Source: a virus (taxonomy: Duplodnaviria > Caudoviricetes). From it: a stretch of 64,000 bases of DNA. Positions 53,740 through 62,163 of this stretch are shown piece after piece. Made by a program: the position numbers and the translations under genes. Position 1 is the stretch's first letter, and the number at the start of each line of letters is the position of its first letter. The notes beneath the pieces were generated by a model. It saw nothing but the letters and a program-made list of their open reading frames with translations. It was not told the DNA's origin and ran no database searches. The stretch spans positions 3,888 through 67,887 of the IMG/VR virus record IMGVR_UViG_3300033121_002344; one strand, given 5' to 3'.

Positions 53740-56283
53740 TCACGCATCCCAGGAGACGCCGAGCGAACGCAGCGCCGTCGCGAACCGCACGTCCTCCCGC
53801 GGATGCCGGACCTTCAACCCCGGGACCACGAGCTCGTAGACGCGGCGCTCCTCAGAGGCCCGCACATCGACCCGCAGGTGATGGCTGCCCGGGAAGGCCC
53901 CCAGGAGCTCGCGCAGCGCCGCCGCCTCCGACCAGCTGTCCTCGACCCGCAGCACCAGCCGGTTCGCCGGCTGACGGACCACCCGCCTCGGCTCGCCCCC
54001 GAAGAGGTCGCCCTGTCGCGGGTCCTGCTGGCGCGGCAACACGCACTCGAGCTCCGGCCAGCCCGCCCCCGGGAAGGCCGCCTCCAAGACCCGCTGGGTC
54101 GGCGGGTAGACGTGGTCGTTCCAGTAGAGCGGGAAGCTGACCTGCCCTGCGAGAGGCCCGAGCTCCGTGGGGTGCAGGGCCCCCTTGTCGGTCATCAGGA
54201 ACGGGATCTTCTGCCCCTCGTCGACCTCGACCCCGCGCTCCACCATCCGCGCCGCCACCTCGACGTGGTGGGGCTTGTTGGCGTAGTCGCCCAGCGCCTT
54301 CGTGATCGTCTTGCTGAGCGTCAGGTCTTCGTTCGGCACCCCGCCCGCGAGCAGCGCCTGCCGGCGGTCCTCCACCACCGAGCGGATCTCCTCCGAGGTC
54401 GCGCCCCCGAGCACCAGGTCCACCACCTCGCGCTGCAGGCTGCGCGCCGCTCGACAGACGTCGGACCGCACAATCTCGAGCCCCCGCACGTCCGCCGGGA
54501 TGTTCTCGCCCGCGACCTTGCCCTTGTAGACGGCGAACTTCCCCGCGTACTTCTTCGAGGCCGTCACCAGCACGACCCCAAAGCGCTTCTCGTACCCGAT
54601 CGAGATCTCGCCGGGCTTCGCCCCGTGGGTGGCGACGAGCTCCGGCACCATCTTCTGGTTGACCTCGTCCTGGACGGCCTTCGCGTCCTCGTCGGTTCCC
54701 GTGAAGGCCACCGAGTCCGTGTCGCCGAAGATCAGCCGGTGGCCTCGCCGGCTCACGATGCCGATCGTGTTGGCGAGCAGCATCCGCCCCACCGAGGTCA
54801 CGCTCTCGCCGATCGCCGAGTGGTAGAAGCGTGACCCCTGGGAGAGCACGATCCCGTAGAAGGCGTTGATGACGGCCTTGCAGCCGTCGCTCAGCTGCCC
54901 GAGCTCCGCGTGCTTCGCGGACCCCACCTCCTCCTTGGCCTGCGCGTCCGAGTAGCGCTTGCGCAGCCGGATCAGGTCGAGGAGGGCCGCCGGGATGTGG
55001 CCCTCGGGGTTCGAGCGGAATCGCGCCAGGATCTTGCCGGTCGGCTTGCCCCGCTCGTCGGTGAGCGGGACCGCGATATCGCCCGAGGGGTCCGGGGTCT
55101 CGGGCGAGAGGTTGAAGGCGCGGATGATCGACGGGTACATCCGCGAGTAGTCCAAGACCGCCACCGACCGGTGGAGCCCCACCACCGCCTCGGGGACGAA
55201 GGCACCGCGCGCCTTCGCCCCATCACGCTCGACGTCGCGATAGCGGGTCGGGAAGTGGAAGCCGACCTCGAAGCCCCGCTGCAGCATCTTCCCGTCGATG
55301 AGGGTCGAGGGGTAGAGGGAGTCGCGCCCGGGGAAGATGCGGCAGATCGCGCAGACCGCCAGGTGGAGCCGCACGAAGCCGGTCTTCGCCTCGATCCCCA
55401 CCATCAGGTCGACGTCCTGGTCATTGTACTCGCGCGAGAGCTCTGGGGCGTGCTCCCAGGCCCACTCGATGGCCGCCGCCGCGCCCTCGACCTGCGCCCC
55501 CAGGGCCCGCGCCCGCGCCTCGATCGGCACCTTCCGCTCCCCGAGCAGCGCCTCCCCGATGGCTTCGAGGGCGAAGCTGGAGGTGGTGCCGCCGTCCTTG
55601 CCCCGGAGAAAGTACTTCTTGAAGCACCGGAGGTGGTCGAGCCAGAAGGTCTCCTCGGCGTCGAACGAGACCCCGAGGATCTCGCAGCGCCGTCGGATCA
55701 CCTGCTCATCGAACCGAGCCCCGTTCCAAGCGATCGCGATATCGTGCCTGGCCAGCAGCCGGACCAGCGTCTCCAAGAGGACCCGCTCGGCCGCGTCCGT
55801 CTTCGCCGCGAGGCGCGCGTGGCCCCGCTTCCCCTCCGAGCTCCGCCACGAGAAGGAGAGGATCCGCTCCTGGCCGCCCGGGTCGTCCCACGACCGGATC
55901 CGCTCGGTCTCCAGGTCGTAGTAGAAGAGCCGCCAGTCCTGGGCGATCTGGATCGACGGGCGCTCGATGACGAACCGCCGCACCGGGTCAATGTCGGCCT
56001 CCAGCGGCGAGATCCGACGCGGGACGAAGACCTCGCGTTGGAAGTGGACCAGCCGCCCCTCGCGGTTCCCGTTCGCCCGGATGGGCTCCGGCCACTCGAC
56101 GAACCGGTAGGCCGCGTGCGGGCCCTCGGTGACCATCCGATGCCAGCTGCGGGGTAGGAGATCGACCTCGCGCACGGGCAGGTAGAAGCCATCGCGCGCA
56201 CCCGTCTCGAAGACGCCCCCGGAGCCGCGGAGGAAGATGCGCCCGCGGTCGAAGCGCGCGTGCCTGAGAACGTCCTTCGTCAC
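53740..56283 (-). CDS. Family B DNA polymerase with 3'-5' exonuclease
   Basis: YDLET, AWNGARFD, YNDQD; LDYSRMYPSII, KAVINAFYG, FGDTDS; start re-called to GTG 56283. Confidence 0.95.
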   Translation of the reverse strand: MTKDVLRHARFDRGRIFLRGSGGVFETGARDGFYLPVREVDLLPRSWHRMVTEGPHAAYRFVEWPEPIRANGNREGRLVHFQREVFVPRRISPLEADIDPVRRFVIERPSIQIAQDWRLFYYDLETERIRSWDDPGGQERILSFSWRSSEGKRGHARLAAKTDAAERVLLETLVRLLARHDIAIAWNGARFDEQVIRRRCEILGVSFDAEETFWLDHLRCFKKYFLRGKDGGTTSSFALEAIGEALLGERKVPIEARARALGAQVEGAAAAIEWAWEHAPELSREYNDQDVDLMVGIEAKTGFVRLHLAVCAICRIFPGRDSLYPSTLIDGKMLQRGFEVGFHFPTRYRDVERDGAKARGAFVPEAVVGLHRSVAVLDYSRMYPSIIRAFNLSPETPDPSGDIAVPLTDERGKPTGKILARFRSNPEGHIPAALLDLIRLRKRYSDAQAKEEVGSAKHAELGQLSDGCKAVINAFYGIVLSQGSRFYHSAIGESVTSVGRMLLANTIGIVSRRGHRLIFGDTDSVAFTGTDEDAKAVQDEVNQKMVPELVATHGAKPGEISIGYEKRFGVVLVTASKKYAGKFAVYKGKVAGENIPADVRGLEIVRSDVCRAARSLQREVVDLVLGGATSEEIRSVVEDRRQALLAGGVPNEDLTLSKTITKALGDYANKPHHVEVAARMVERGVEVDEGQKIPFLMTDKGALHPTELGPLAGQVSFPLYWNDHVYPPTQRVLEAAFPGAGWPELECVLPRQQDPRQGDLFGGEPRRVVRQPANRLVLRVEDSWSEAAALRELLGAFPGSHHLRVDVRASEERRVYELVVPGLKVRHPREDVRFATALRSLGVSWDA

Positions 56284-56436
56284 AGGCCGATCTTCACAGG
56301 GCCAGCGTCCATGGGTCCAGACGCGCGAAGGGGTCGGGAGGAGCGTCGCCACTCCTCCCGACCCCAACCCGACAACCAGGGAACCTCAGGCGAGCCCCAT
56401 CTTCGCCCAGCGCAGCGACGCCGGGCAAGGGCCAAT

Positions 56437-56448
56437 CAACCCGGGTTG
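56437..56448. repeat. Dispersed palindrome copy 11 (AAT-core-CTT)
   Basis: Exact core 2 nt past the stop at 56451. Confidence 0.95.
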
Positions 56449-56450
56449 CT

Positions 56451-57479
56451 TCAGTCGACCTTCTGCTTCGGGCAGTGGATCTTGAAGCCCTCGCCGCGGG
56501 GCAGGACCTCGACCACGAACTTCGCGTCGCCGATCCGGAAGCGACCCTGGCCCGCGCCGCGGTCCCAGTTGGTCCACTTGCCCTCGAAGACCACCGTCCC
56601 CATGTCCAGCGTGGCCTTGACCACCACCTTGTTCTCGTGACCGCGCCGCTCGGGGCGCTCGCGCTCGGAGACCTTCTCGCCGTTCGCCTTCTTGGCCGCG
56701 AAGTCGGCCTTGCGCTGCTCGTGGACCTTGTTGGCGAGGGCCGCCTTTGAGGGCTTCTCGACCTTCGCCTCCTCGGTCAGCTTCGCGCGGATCTCCGGGT
56801 CGGGGATCTTCGCCAGCAGCTTGAGGTGGCTGATCGTCAGCCCGGCGATCGACTTCTCGTCCGGGTAGGCGCGCGCCACCCGGATGAAGTCGACCCCGGC
56901 CGTCCGCGAGAAGCCGCACTGCTTCTCCACGTAGTCGGCGAAGCTGTCGAACTTGCCGGCCCAGAGGTTCTTGTCGTGGATCTCCAGGAGCCGCCGGCCG
57001 ATCTCCCAGCCGTTCTTCGCGAGGTTGTCGCGGAGCGACCGGACCTCGGTGGTGAGGGCAGCGAGGCGCGCCGCCACCTCGCCGGGGTTCGTGGTCGGCT
57101 CGACCTTCCCCTTGTCCGCCCCCGCCCCGACGTCGATCACCGGACCGCCGTCCGTCCCGACCACCGCCAGCTTCGCCGCCGCACCCTTGGCCTTCTTCTC
57201 GGCCTTCGCGCTCTTGGCCGCCGCCTGCTCCGCCAATTCCTCGTCGTCGAACTCGAACTTCGCCGCGCAGCCCGGGCAGTGGGTGAGGTCCTTGGTACCC
57301 GGGGACGGGAAGCCGCAGACCGTGCATTCGAGGACCTCGTCGTTCGGGTAGAGGCCGGCCAGCTTCGCCGCCAGGCTCGTGGCGAGCTCGGTCGGGGTCC
57401 ATCCGCCTTCGGCCGGAACCTTGTGCTTCTTGGCGACCTTCTGCAGGTGTTCGGGGTTGAGCTTGGTAGCGGTCAGCAT
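56451..57479 (-). CDS. Zn-ribbon plus DUF3102-like helical DNA-binding protein
   Basis: CTVC...CPGC; WEIGRRLLEIHDKNLW...SFADYVEKQCGFSRTAG. Confidence 0.6.
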   Translation of the reverse strand: MLTATKLNPEHLQKVAKKHKVPAEGGWTPTELATSLAAKLAGLYPNDEVLECTVCGFPSPGTKDLTHCPGCAAKFEFDDEELAEQAAAKSAKAEKKAKGAAAKLAVVGTDGGPVIDVGAGADKGKVEPTTNPGEVAARLAALTTEVRSLRDNLAKNGWEIGRRLLEIHDKNLWAGKFDSFADYVEKQCGFSRTAGVDFIRVARAYPDEKSIAGLTISHLKLLAKIPDPEIRAKLTEEAKVEKPSKAALANKVHEQRKADFAAKKANGEKVSERERPERRGHENKVVVKATLDMGTVVFEGKWTNWDRGAGQGRFRIGDAKFVVEVLPRGEGFKIHCPKQKVD

Positions 57480-58138
57480 GACGTCGTCTCCTCCAGGATC
57501 GGGTTGATGAATGCGAGGTTGATCAGGGTCGAGTCCTTCGAGGGCACCCGCTCACCCCCGATCATCGCGAGAAAGATCGTGTACTGCCGGGGCCCGAGGG
57601 CCGCCCGGGCGCGGTCGATCAGGAGCCGGAGCTCGGCCGCGTGCTCCTGGGTCGGCTCGCAGGCCAGCGCCAGCTGCAGCCCCGCCGGCTCGTGCGGGTC
57701 CTCGTGCTCGGGAAGCTCGTCGAGGAGGACCGGCATGTCGCCGTGGAACCGCTCGCGCCGCACGTACCGGTAGACCTCGTGGTCCATCGCGCGCCCCACC
57801 TTCCGGTGGACGTACTCCAGGAGGTCGAAGCGGGGCCGGGGCGCGCGCCCCTTCTCCAGGAGCTCGGGGTGCTGGCGCGCCACATGGGCCTCGTAGGCCT
57901 CCTCCGTGCGCGCCCCCCGCCGACACCCCGGGCAGCGGAGATGGTAGCTCTGGACCGCCTCCCAGGCCGCCAGGAGGCCCAGCTGTTCGAGGTCCTGGAG
58001 CTCCAGCGGTAGCCGAGCCCATGAAGCGCGCCCGTAGAAGAACCGCGCCATCCGTTGAAAGTAGCGGCTCTGCTCGGCCGCGAACTTGGTGAAGCTGATC
58101 TCGCCCGCCCGTAGGCGGGTCACGTCCTGCAGGTTCAA
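57473..58138 (-). CDS. Sigma70-family factor: region 2 with an inserted C2H2 zinc finger, truncated region 4
   Basis: QDLEQLGLLAAWEAVQSY / FDLLEYVHRKVGRAMDHEVYR; CPGC-x12-H-x4-H insert; TTG start with GGGAGG SD. Confidence 0.7.
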   Translation of the reverse strand: MNLQDVTRLRAGEISFTKFAAEQSRYFQRMARFFYGRASWARLPLELQDLEQLGLLAAWEAVQSYHLRCPGCRRGARTEEAYEAHVARQHPELLEKGRAPRPRFDLLEYVHRKVGRAMDHEVYRYVRRERFHGDMPVLLDELPEHEDPHEPAGLQLALACEPTQEHAAELRLLIDRARAALGPRQYTIFLAMIGGERVPSKDSTLINLAFINPILEETTSC

Positions 58139-58225
58139 TCGTTCCTCCCTCGTTGCCGGCGGTCCGGGTCAGCTTCGGACCAACCCGACCGCCCTCGGAA
58201 TATGCGTGCCTTGCGTCGAAGTCAA

Positions 58226-59710
58226 CTAGGCGCTGACCAGGTAGAGCTCCTGCTTGGCCCGCGTGACCGCGACGTACCAGATGTTCGCCTCTTCGGTCGA
58301 GCGGCTCGGGCGGAAGGTGCTGGTCAGGAGGAAGACCCGGTCGCGCTCCAGCCCCTTGGCCTTGTGGACCGTGCTGAAGACCACCTTCGTGGTGGCGTCG
58401 TCATCGCGGAAGAGGCTCTCCAGCTTCCGCCGCACCGCCTCGACCGTGGGCTCGCCTTCCGCGATGGCCAGGATCGCCTCGACCTGATCGCTCACCAGGT
58501 CGGCCCGCGCCTCCTTGTTGAGCCGGAGGGCGCGCTCCCGCTCCCGCGACTCGTAGGCCCGCAGCCAGGACTCGAGGTCCGCCAGGTCCTGGGCGCCCGA
58601 CTTGTCGATCAGGCCGAGGAGCGTCTTCCCGATATCGCGCCCCTGGATGCAGGCCGGGATCCCGCGCCGCAGGAACCCGAGGCAACCCGAGACCAGCGGG
58701 GCGTTGGCGCGCCCGAGGACGAAGTCGCCGGGCTTCGCGAGGGCCTCGAAGCGCTGGTAGGAGACCTGCTCGACCAGCCCCTCCGGGGCCTCGTCGGCCG
58801 CCCGGTATTGCGGGACGATCTGCTGGGCGATCGCCACCACCTTCTTCGGGCACCGGTAGGTGATGCTGAGGGGGAGGACCGCCGCCCCGAGGGTCTTCGC
58901 CATCTCGTCCATGCCCGAGGCGTGCGAGCCCCGGAACCCGTAGATGGCCTGCCGGCTGTCGCCGACGATGATGATCCGCCCGTTCTCCCGGACCTCGCCG
59001 CGCGCCAGGCTCAGCTGCGCCGCGTTCATGTCCTGGGCCTCGTCGACCACCACCACGTCGTACCGGTGGGAGGCGAGCCCGAACTTCGCCGGGAACCAGA
59101 CCATGTCGTCGAAGTCGATCTCGTCCGTCTTCTCGGCCGCGAGCTCGATGGCCCGGGCCGCCGCCTCGGCGAGGAGGCCGGCCGGGAACTCCTCGTCCTC
59201 GATCGAGTAGTCGATCGCCGCCATCGTCAGCCCCGGCATGTCCTCGACCAGGAGGTTCTTCCCGAGGGCCGCCAGCTTCGCGACCTTGTTGACGTCGGTC
59301 CAGGTCGGCCGGGTCTCCTTGCGCCGCGCGTCGTAGCGCATCCGCTCGGGGAGGACCTCGGTGAGGGCCTGCTCCGCCATCGTGGCCTTCTTCTCGTCGT
59401 TGACCCGCACCGTCCGGAAGCGCCGCCGGATGAGGGCGAAGCCGACGCCGTGCAGGGTCTTGACCTCGACCCCGCGAGGCGCCCGGGCCTTGAGCTCGGT
59501 CTCGATGCTCTTGTTGAAGGCGCAGAGGAGGGTCGAGAGCCCCTCCGGGATCCGCTTCGCCGCCTCGACGATCGTCGTCGTCTTCCCGGTACCCGCGAGG
59601 GCCTCGACCTTGAGGTGGCCGGTCCCGTTCGCGAAGTTGTCGTAGATGGCGGTCTGGAGGGGGGACCAGGTCTTGGCGGTCTTGGTCGTCGTGAACTCGG
59701 TCTGGGTCAT
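58226..59710 (-). CDS. UvrD/Rep-type SF1 helicase
   Basis: ALAGTGKTT, CAFNK, VVVDEAQD, VGDSRQAIYGFRG, TYRCP, STVHKAKGLE, YVAVTRAK. Confidence 0.95.
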   Translation of the reverse strand: MTQTEFTTTKTAKTWSPLQTAIYDNFANGTGHLKVEALAGTGKTTTIVEAAKRIPEGLSTLLCAFNKSIETELKARAPRGVEVKTLHGVGFALIRRRFRTVRVNDEKKATMAEQALTEVLPERMRYDARRKETRPTWTDVNKVAKLAALGKNLLVEDMPGLTMAAIDYSIEDEEFPAGLLAEAAARAIELAAEKTDEIDFDDMVWFPAKFGLASHRYDVVVVDEAQDMNAAQLSLARGEVRENGRIIIVGDSRQAIYGFRGSHASGMDEMAKTLGAAVLPLSITYRCPKKVVAIAQQIVPQYRAADEAPEGLVEQVSYQRFEALAKPGDFVLGRANAPLVSGCLGFLRRGIPACIQGRDIGKTLLGLIDKSGAQDLADLESWLRAYESRERERALRLNKEARADLVSDQVEAILAIAEGEPTVEAVRRKLESLFRDDDATTKVVFSTVHKAKGLERDRVFLLTSTFRPSRSTEEANIWYVAVTRAKQELYLVSA

Positions 59711-59749
59711 CTCAGCCTCGCCGCCGGTCGCCACTTCGACCGGCGGAAT

Positions 59750-59761
59750 CAACCCGGGTTG
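59750..59761. repeat. Dispersed palindrome copy 12 (AAT-core-CTT)
   Basis: Exact core in the helicase 5' leader. Confidence 0.95.
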
Positions 59762-59793
59762 CTTCCGGGATCGTGCTCCGTGCTCGATGACCG

Positions 59794-59823
59794 ACAATTA
59801 AAGCGTGACCCGCGCGCTGTCAA
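59794..59823 (-). promoter_or_regulatory. Host-type promoter (TTGACA-16-TTAATTGT)
   Basis: Consensus -35; same -10 block as the accessory-region copies. Confidence 0.75.
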
Positions 59824-60308
59824 CCCGCTTTCTTCTCCTTCTTCGCTTCTTCGACGACCCACCCCGAAGACTTGAATTGGCCGTGGGTGTACCGCTCGAT
59901 CCGAGCCGCGAGGGCCAGGCTCGGCAGCATCGTCCCGGCCGCCAGTCGGTTGAGGGTCGAGACCGAGGTCTCCAGAGCCTCGGCCACATCCGTCTTCGAC
60001 CGGCCGTCCAGCCACCGCGCGAAGGGGTGCTCGGGGTTCGTCTGCGGCCGACCCGGGGACCGCTCGATCCCCAGCTTCCCCAGCGCCGAGCCCTCGATCT
60101 GCCGCGCCCGCTCCCGGGTGACCGGGGGGACGAGGGCCCTGGCGACTTCGTCGAGGGTCCGCTGCTCCTTCCCCAGGAAGCGCTGCTGGAGCACTTCGAG
60201 CTCCCGGTCGGAGAGCTCCAGGACCTTCTTCGGGCTCTTGAGGGCCCGCTCGACCTGGGTTCGGACGTCAGCCCGCGAGGGGCGCTGGTTCTTCTTCGAA
60301 TTACGCAT
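59820..60308 (-). CDS. Two-domain regulator: RpoD-like sigma region 4 plus Xre/Cro HTH
   Basis: LSDRELEVLQQRF...RTLDEVARALVPPVTRERARQIEGSALGKL; SKTDVAEALETSVSTLNRLAAGTMLPSL. Confidence 0.8.
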   Translation of the reverse strand: MRNSKKNQRPSRADVRTQVERALKSPKKVLELSDRELEVLQQRFLGKEQRTLDEVARALVPPVTRERARQIEGSALGKLGIERSPGRPQTNPEHPFARWLDGRSKTDVAEALETSVSTLNRLAAGTMLPSLALAARIERYTHGQFKSSGWVVEEAKKEKKAG

Positions 60309-60337
60309 GGTGCGCGCTCACAGGTAGCTTCACGCAC

Positions 60338-61366
60338 CTATACCTTTCCGCCCCATTTACGCAACCGAGCCGGCTCCAAGCCGGTCGAATACCGGGCCGG
60401 TGGGGCCTCGTCGATCAGCCCCCTGACCCGCTCCGGGTCGTGGTCGGGTTGGAGGCCGTCGGGCAGCTGGACCGACCGCACCAGGTGTCCGAACCGGAGG
60501 GAGCTCGCCTGGTAGACGAACTTCCGTCCCGCCCCGTCGCCGTCCGGGCAGAGCACGATCTCGCGCCAGGGCTCCAGCAGCTGCGTGCGCTCCTCCGACC
60601 AGGCCGACCCGCAGGCCGCCACCACGTTGCGCTCACCGGCCTTCCGGAGCGCCACCGCGCCCCAGATGCCCTCGACCACCACCACCCGCGGGAACGTGGG
60701 GTCGAGCTCGTCGTAGCCCCACAGGGAGAGCTCCTTCCGAGCCCCCGCGTCCCGCCGGCCCGAGAGCGCCTTCGGGGACCGCGGGTCTCGCGCCTCGTAG
60801 AGGCGCGCCACGAAGTCGACCATTTCGTCCCGCACCACCACCGGGATGATCAGCCGGCTCCCGTAGCTGACCACCTCCGGGCGCCGCTCAGGCGCCGTCG
60901 CGAAGATCCCGAACCGCTCCACGTCGCCCAGGCCGATCCCACGGCCGCTCAAGTAGCGCAGGGCCGGTGACCGGTCGAATCCGTCGATCGCCCGCCACAG
61001 CGGCACGCTGCCCCGCGGGAAGCGAAGCTGGGGGGCCTGGTCGAGCGCCACCTTCGACCGCCACCCGCTGGAGCGCGCCGAGCGAGGCATCCGCAGCCCG
61101 GCGAACCCAGCGAGCCACTCCCGGGCCGCCGCCCGGTCGAGACCCCTGACCACCGCCACGAGGTCGATCGGCCCGCCCCCGAACCCGCACCCGTAGCAGA
61201 CGTGGAGGCCCGCCTTCGGGCCGGTGGGGCAGATCTGCCAGGAGCCCGGGCCTGGCCGGCCCGAGTGCTGATGGGCCGGGTCCGGGCAAGGTCCGCGAAG
61301 CTCCGAGCCCGAGCGCCGGGCCACGACCCCGAGCTCCGCGAGCAGCTTCGCGACGTCGACCCTCAC
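60338..61366 (-). CDS. DnaG-like primase (Zn-binding plus TOPRIM)
   Basis: CPDPAH...CYGC, YLSGRGI, VVVEGIWG, CPDGDGAG. Confidence 0.9.
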   Translation of the reverse strand: MRVDVAKLLAELGVVARRSGSELRGPCPDPAHQHSGRPGPGSWQICPTGPKAGLHVCYGCGFGGGPIDLVAVVRGLDRAAAREWLAGFAGLRMPRSARSSGWRSKVALDQAPQLRFPRGSVPLWRAIDGFDRSPALRYLSGRGIGLGDVERFGIFATAPERRPEVVSYGSRLIIPVVVRDEMVDFVARLYEARDPRSPKALSGRRDAGARKELSLWGYDELDPTFPRVVVVEGIWGAVALRKAGERNVVAACGSAWSEERTQLLEPWREIVLCPDGDGAGRKFVYQASSLRFGHLVRSVQLPDGLQPDHDPERVRGLIDEAPPARYSTGLEPARLRKWGGKV

Positions 61367-62163
61367 TCGCTTCGTTCCTCGCCGAGCGCGAGGACGCCCT
61401 GGCTAAGCCGCCGCGCCGCCGCCTCGCAGAACCGCTCGTCGATCTCGATCCCGACCGCGCGCCGCCTCATCTCCCGCGCCGCCACCAAGGTCGAGCCCGC
61501 GCCCATCGTCGGGTCGAGGATCAGCCCTCCGACCGGGCACGAGTACGAGATCAGCGGACGCAGGATCCCGAGAGGCTTCTGGGTGGGGTGGTCCGCCGAG
61601 CCGTGGCAGTTTCGCGCGTAGACGACGGACCGCATGAGCCGCGGACCTCCATCGCGCGACACGTAGGCGCTGTCCCCGATGTTGCCGGTGTGGGTGGGGC
61701 GCGTCTTCCGGCGCACGGTCCGGGCCGTCGCATCGGCGGTCGTCACCGGGGCCTTGTAGACGTCCTCCCAGCGAGCCGTCGACCGGTAGAGGTGGAGCGC
61801 GTGCTCGTGGACGCGACGGAACCGGTCGGTGTGGAAGCCGCTTCCGTTCTGCTTCTCCCAGACGAGGTCCTGCGAGACCCTCCAGCCGAGCGCCGCGATC
61901 TGATCGGCCTGCGCCATGAACATCCGCAGCGAGCCGAAGCACCAAACGGAGCCCGCGTCCCGCACGGTGGGGCCGGCCGCACGAAGCCACGACAGGTCGC
62001 GCTCGTCCCAGGCGAGGGACGTGTCCCCGTAGGGCGGGTCGGCGAGAAGCAGATCGACGCTTCCGCCCGCGACCGGAGCGGCGAGGGACATCCAGTCGGC
62101 GAGGACGTCCCGGCAATCGCCGAGGTAGATCGTGATGCCGCCGTGCTCGTAGTAGGGCTTCAT
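61363..62163 (-). CDS. Orphan N4/N6 DNA methyltransferase
   Basis: GDCRDVL, LADPPY, HPTQKP, LDPTMGAGST; start re-called to ATG 62163. Confidence 0.9.
   Translation of the reverse strand: MKPYYEHGGITIYLGDCRDVLADWMSLAAPVAGGSVDLLLADPPYGDTSLAWDERDLSWLRAAGPTVRDAGSVWCFGSLRMFMAQADQIAALGWRVSQDLVWEKQNGSGFHTDRFRRVHEHALHLYRSTARWEDVYKAPVTTADATARTVRRKTRPTHTGNIGDSAYVSRDGGPRLMRSVVYARNCHGSADHPTQKPLGILRPLISYSCPVGGLILDPTMGAGSTLVAAREMRRRAVGIEIDERFCEAAARRLSQGVLALGEERSE

Noticed and set aside
58197-58225. Full host-type promoter for the sigma gene
   Set aside because: TTGACT is present but no family -10 block occurs at the expected spacing; noted only as a possible half-site.
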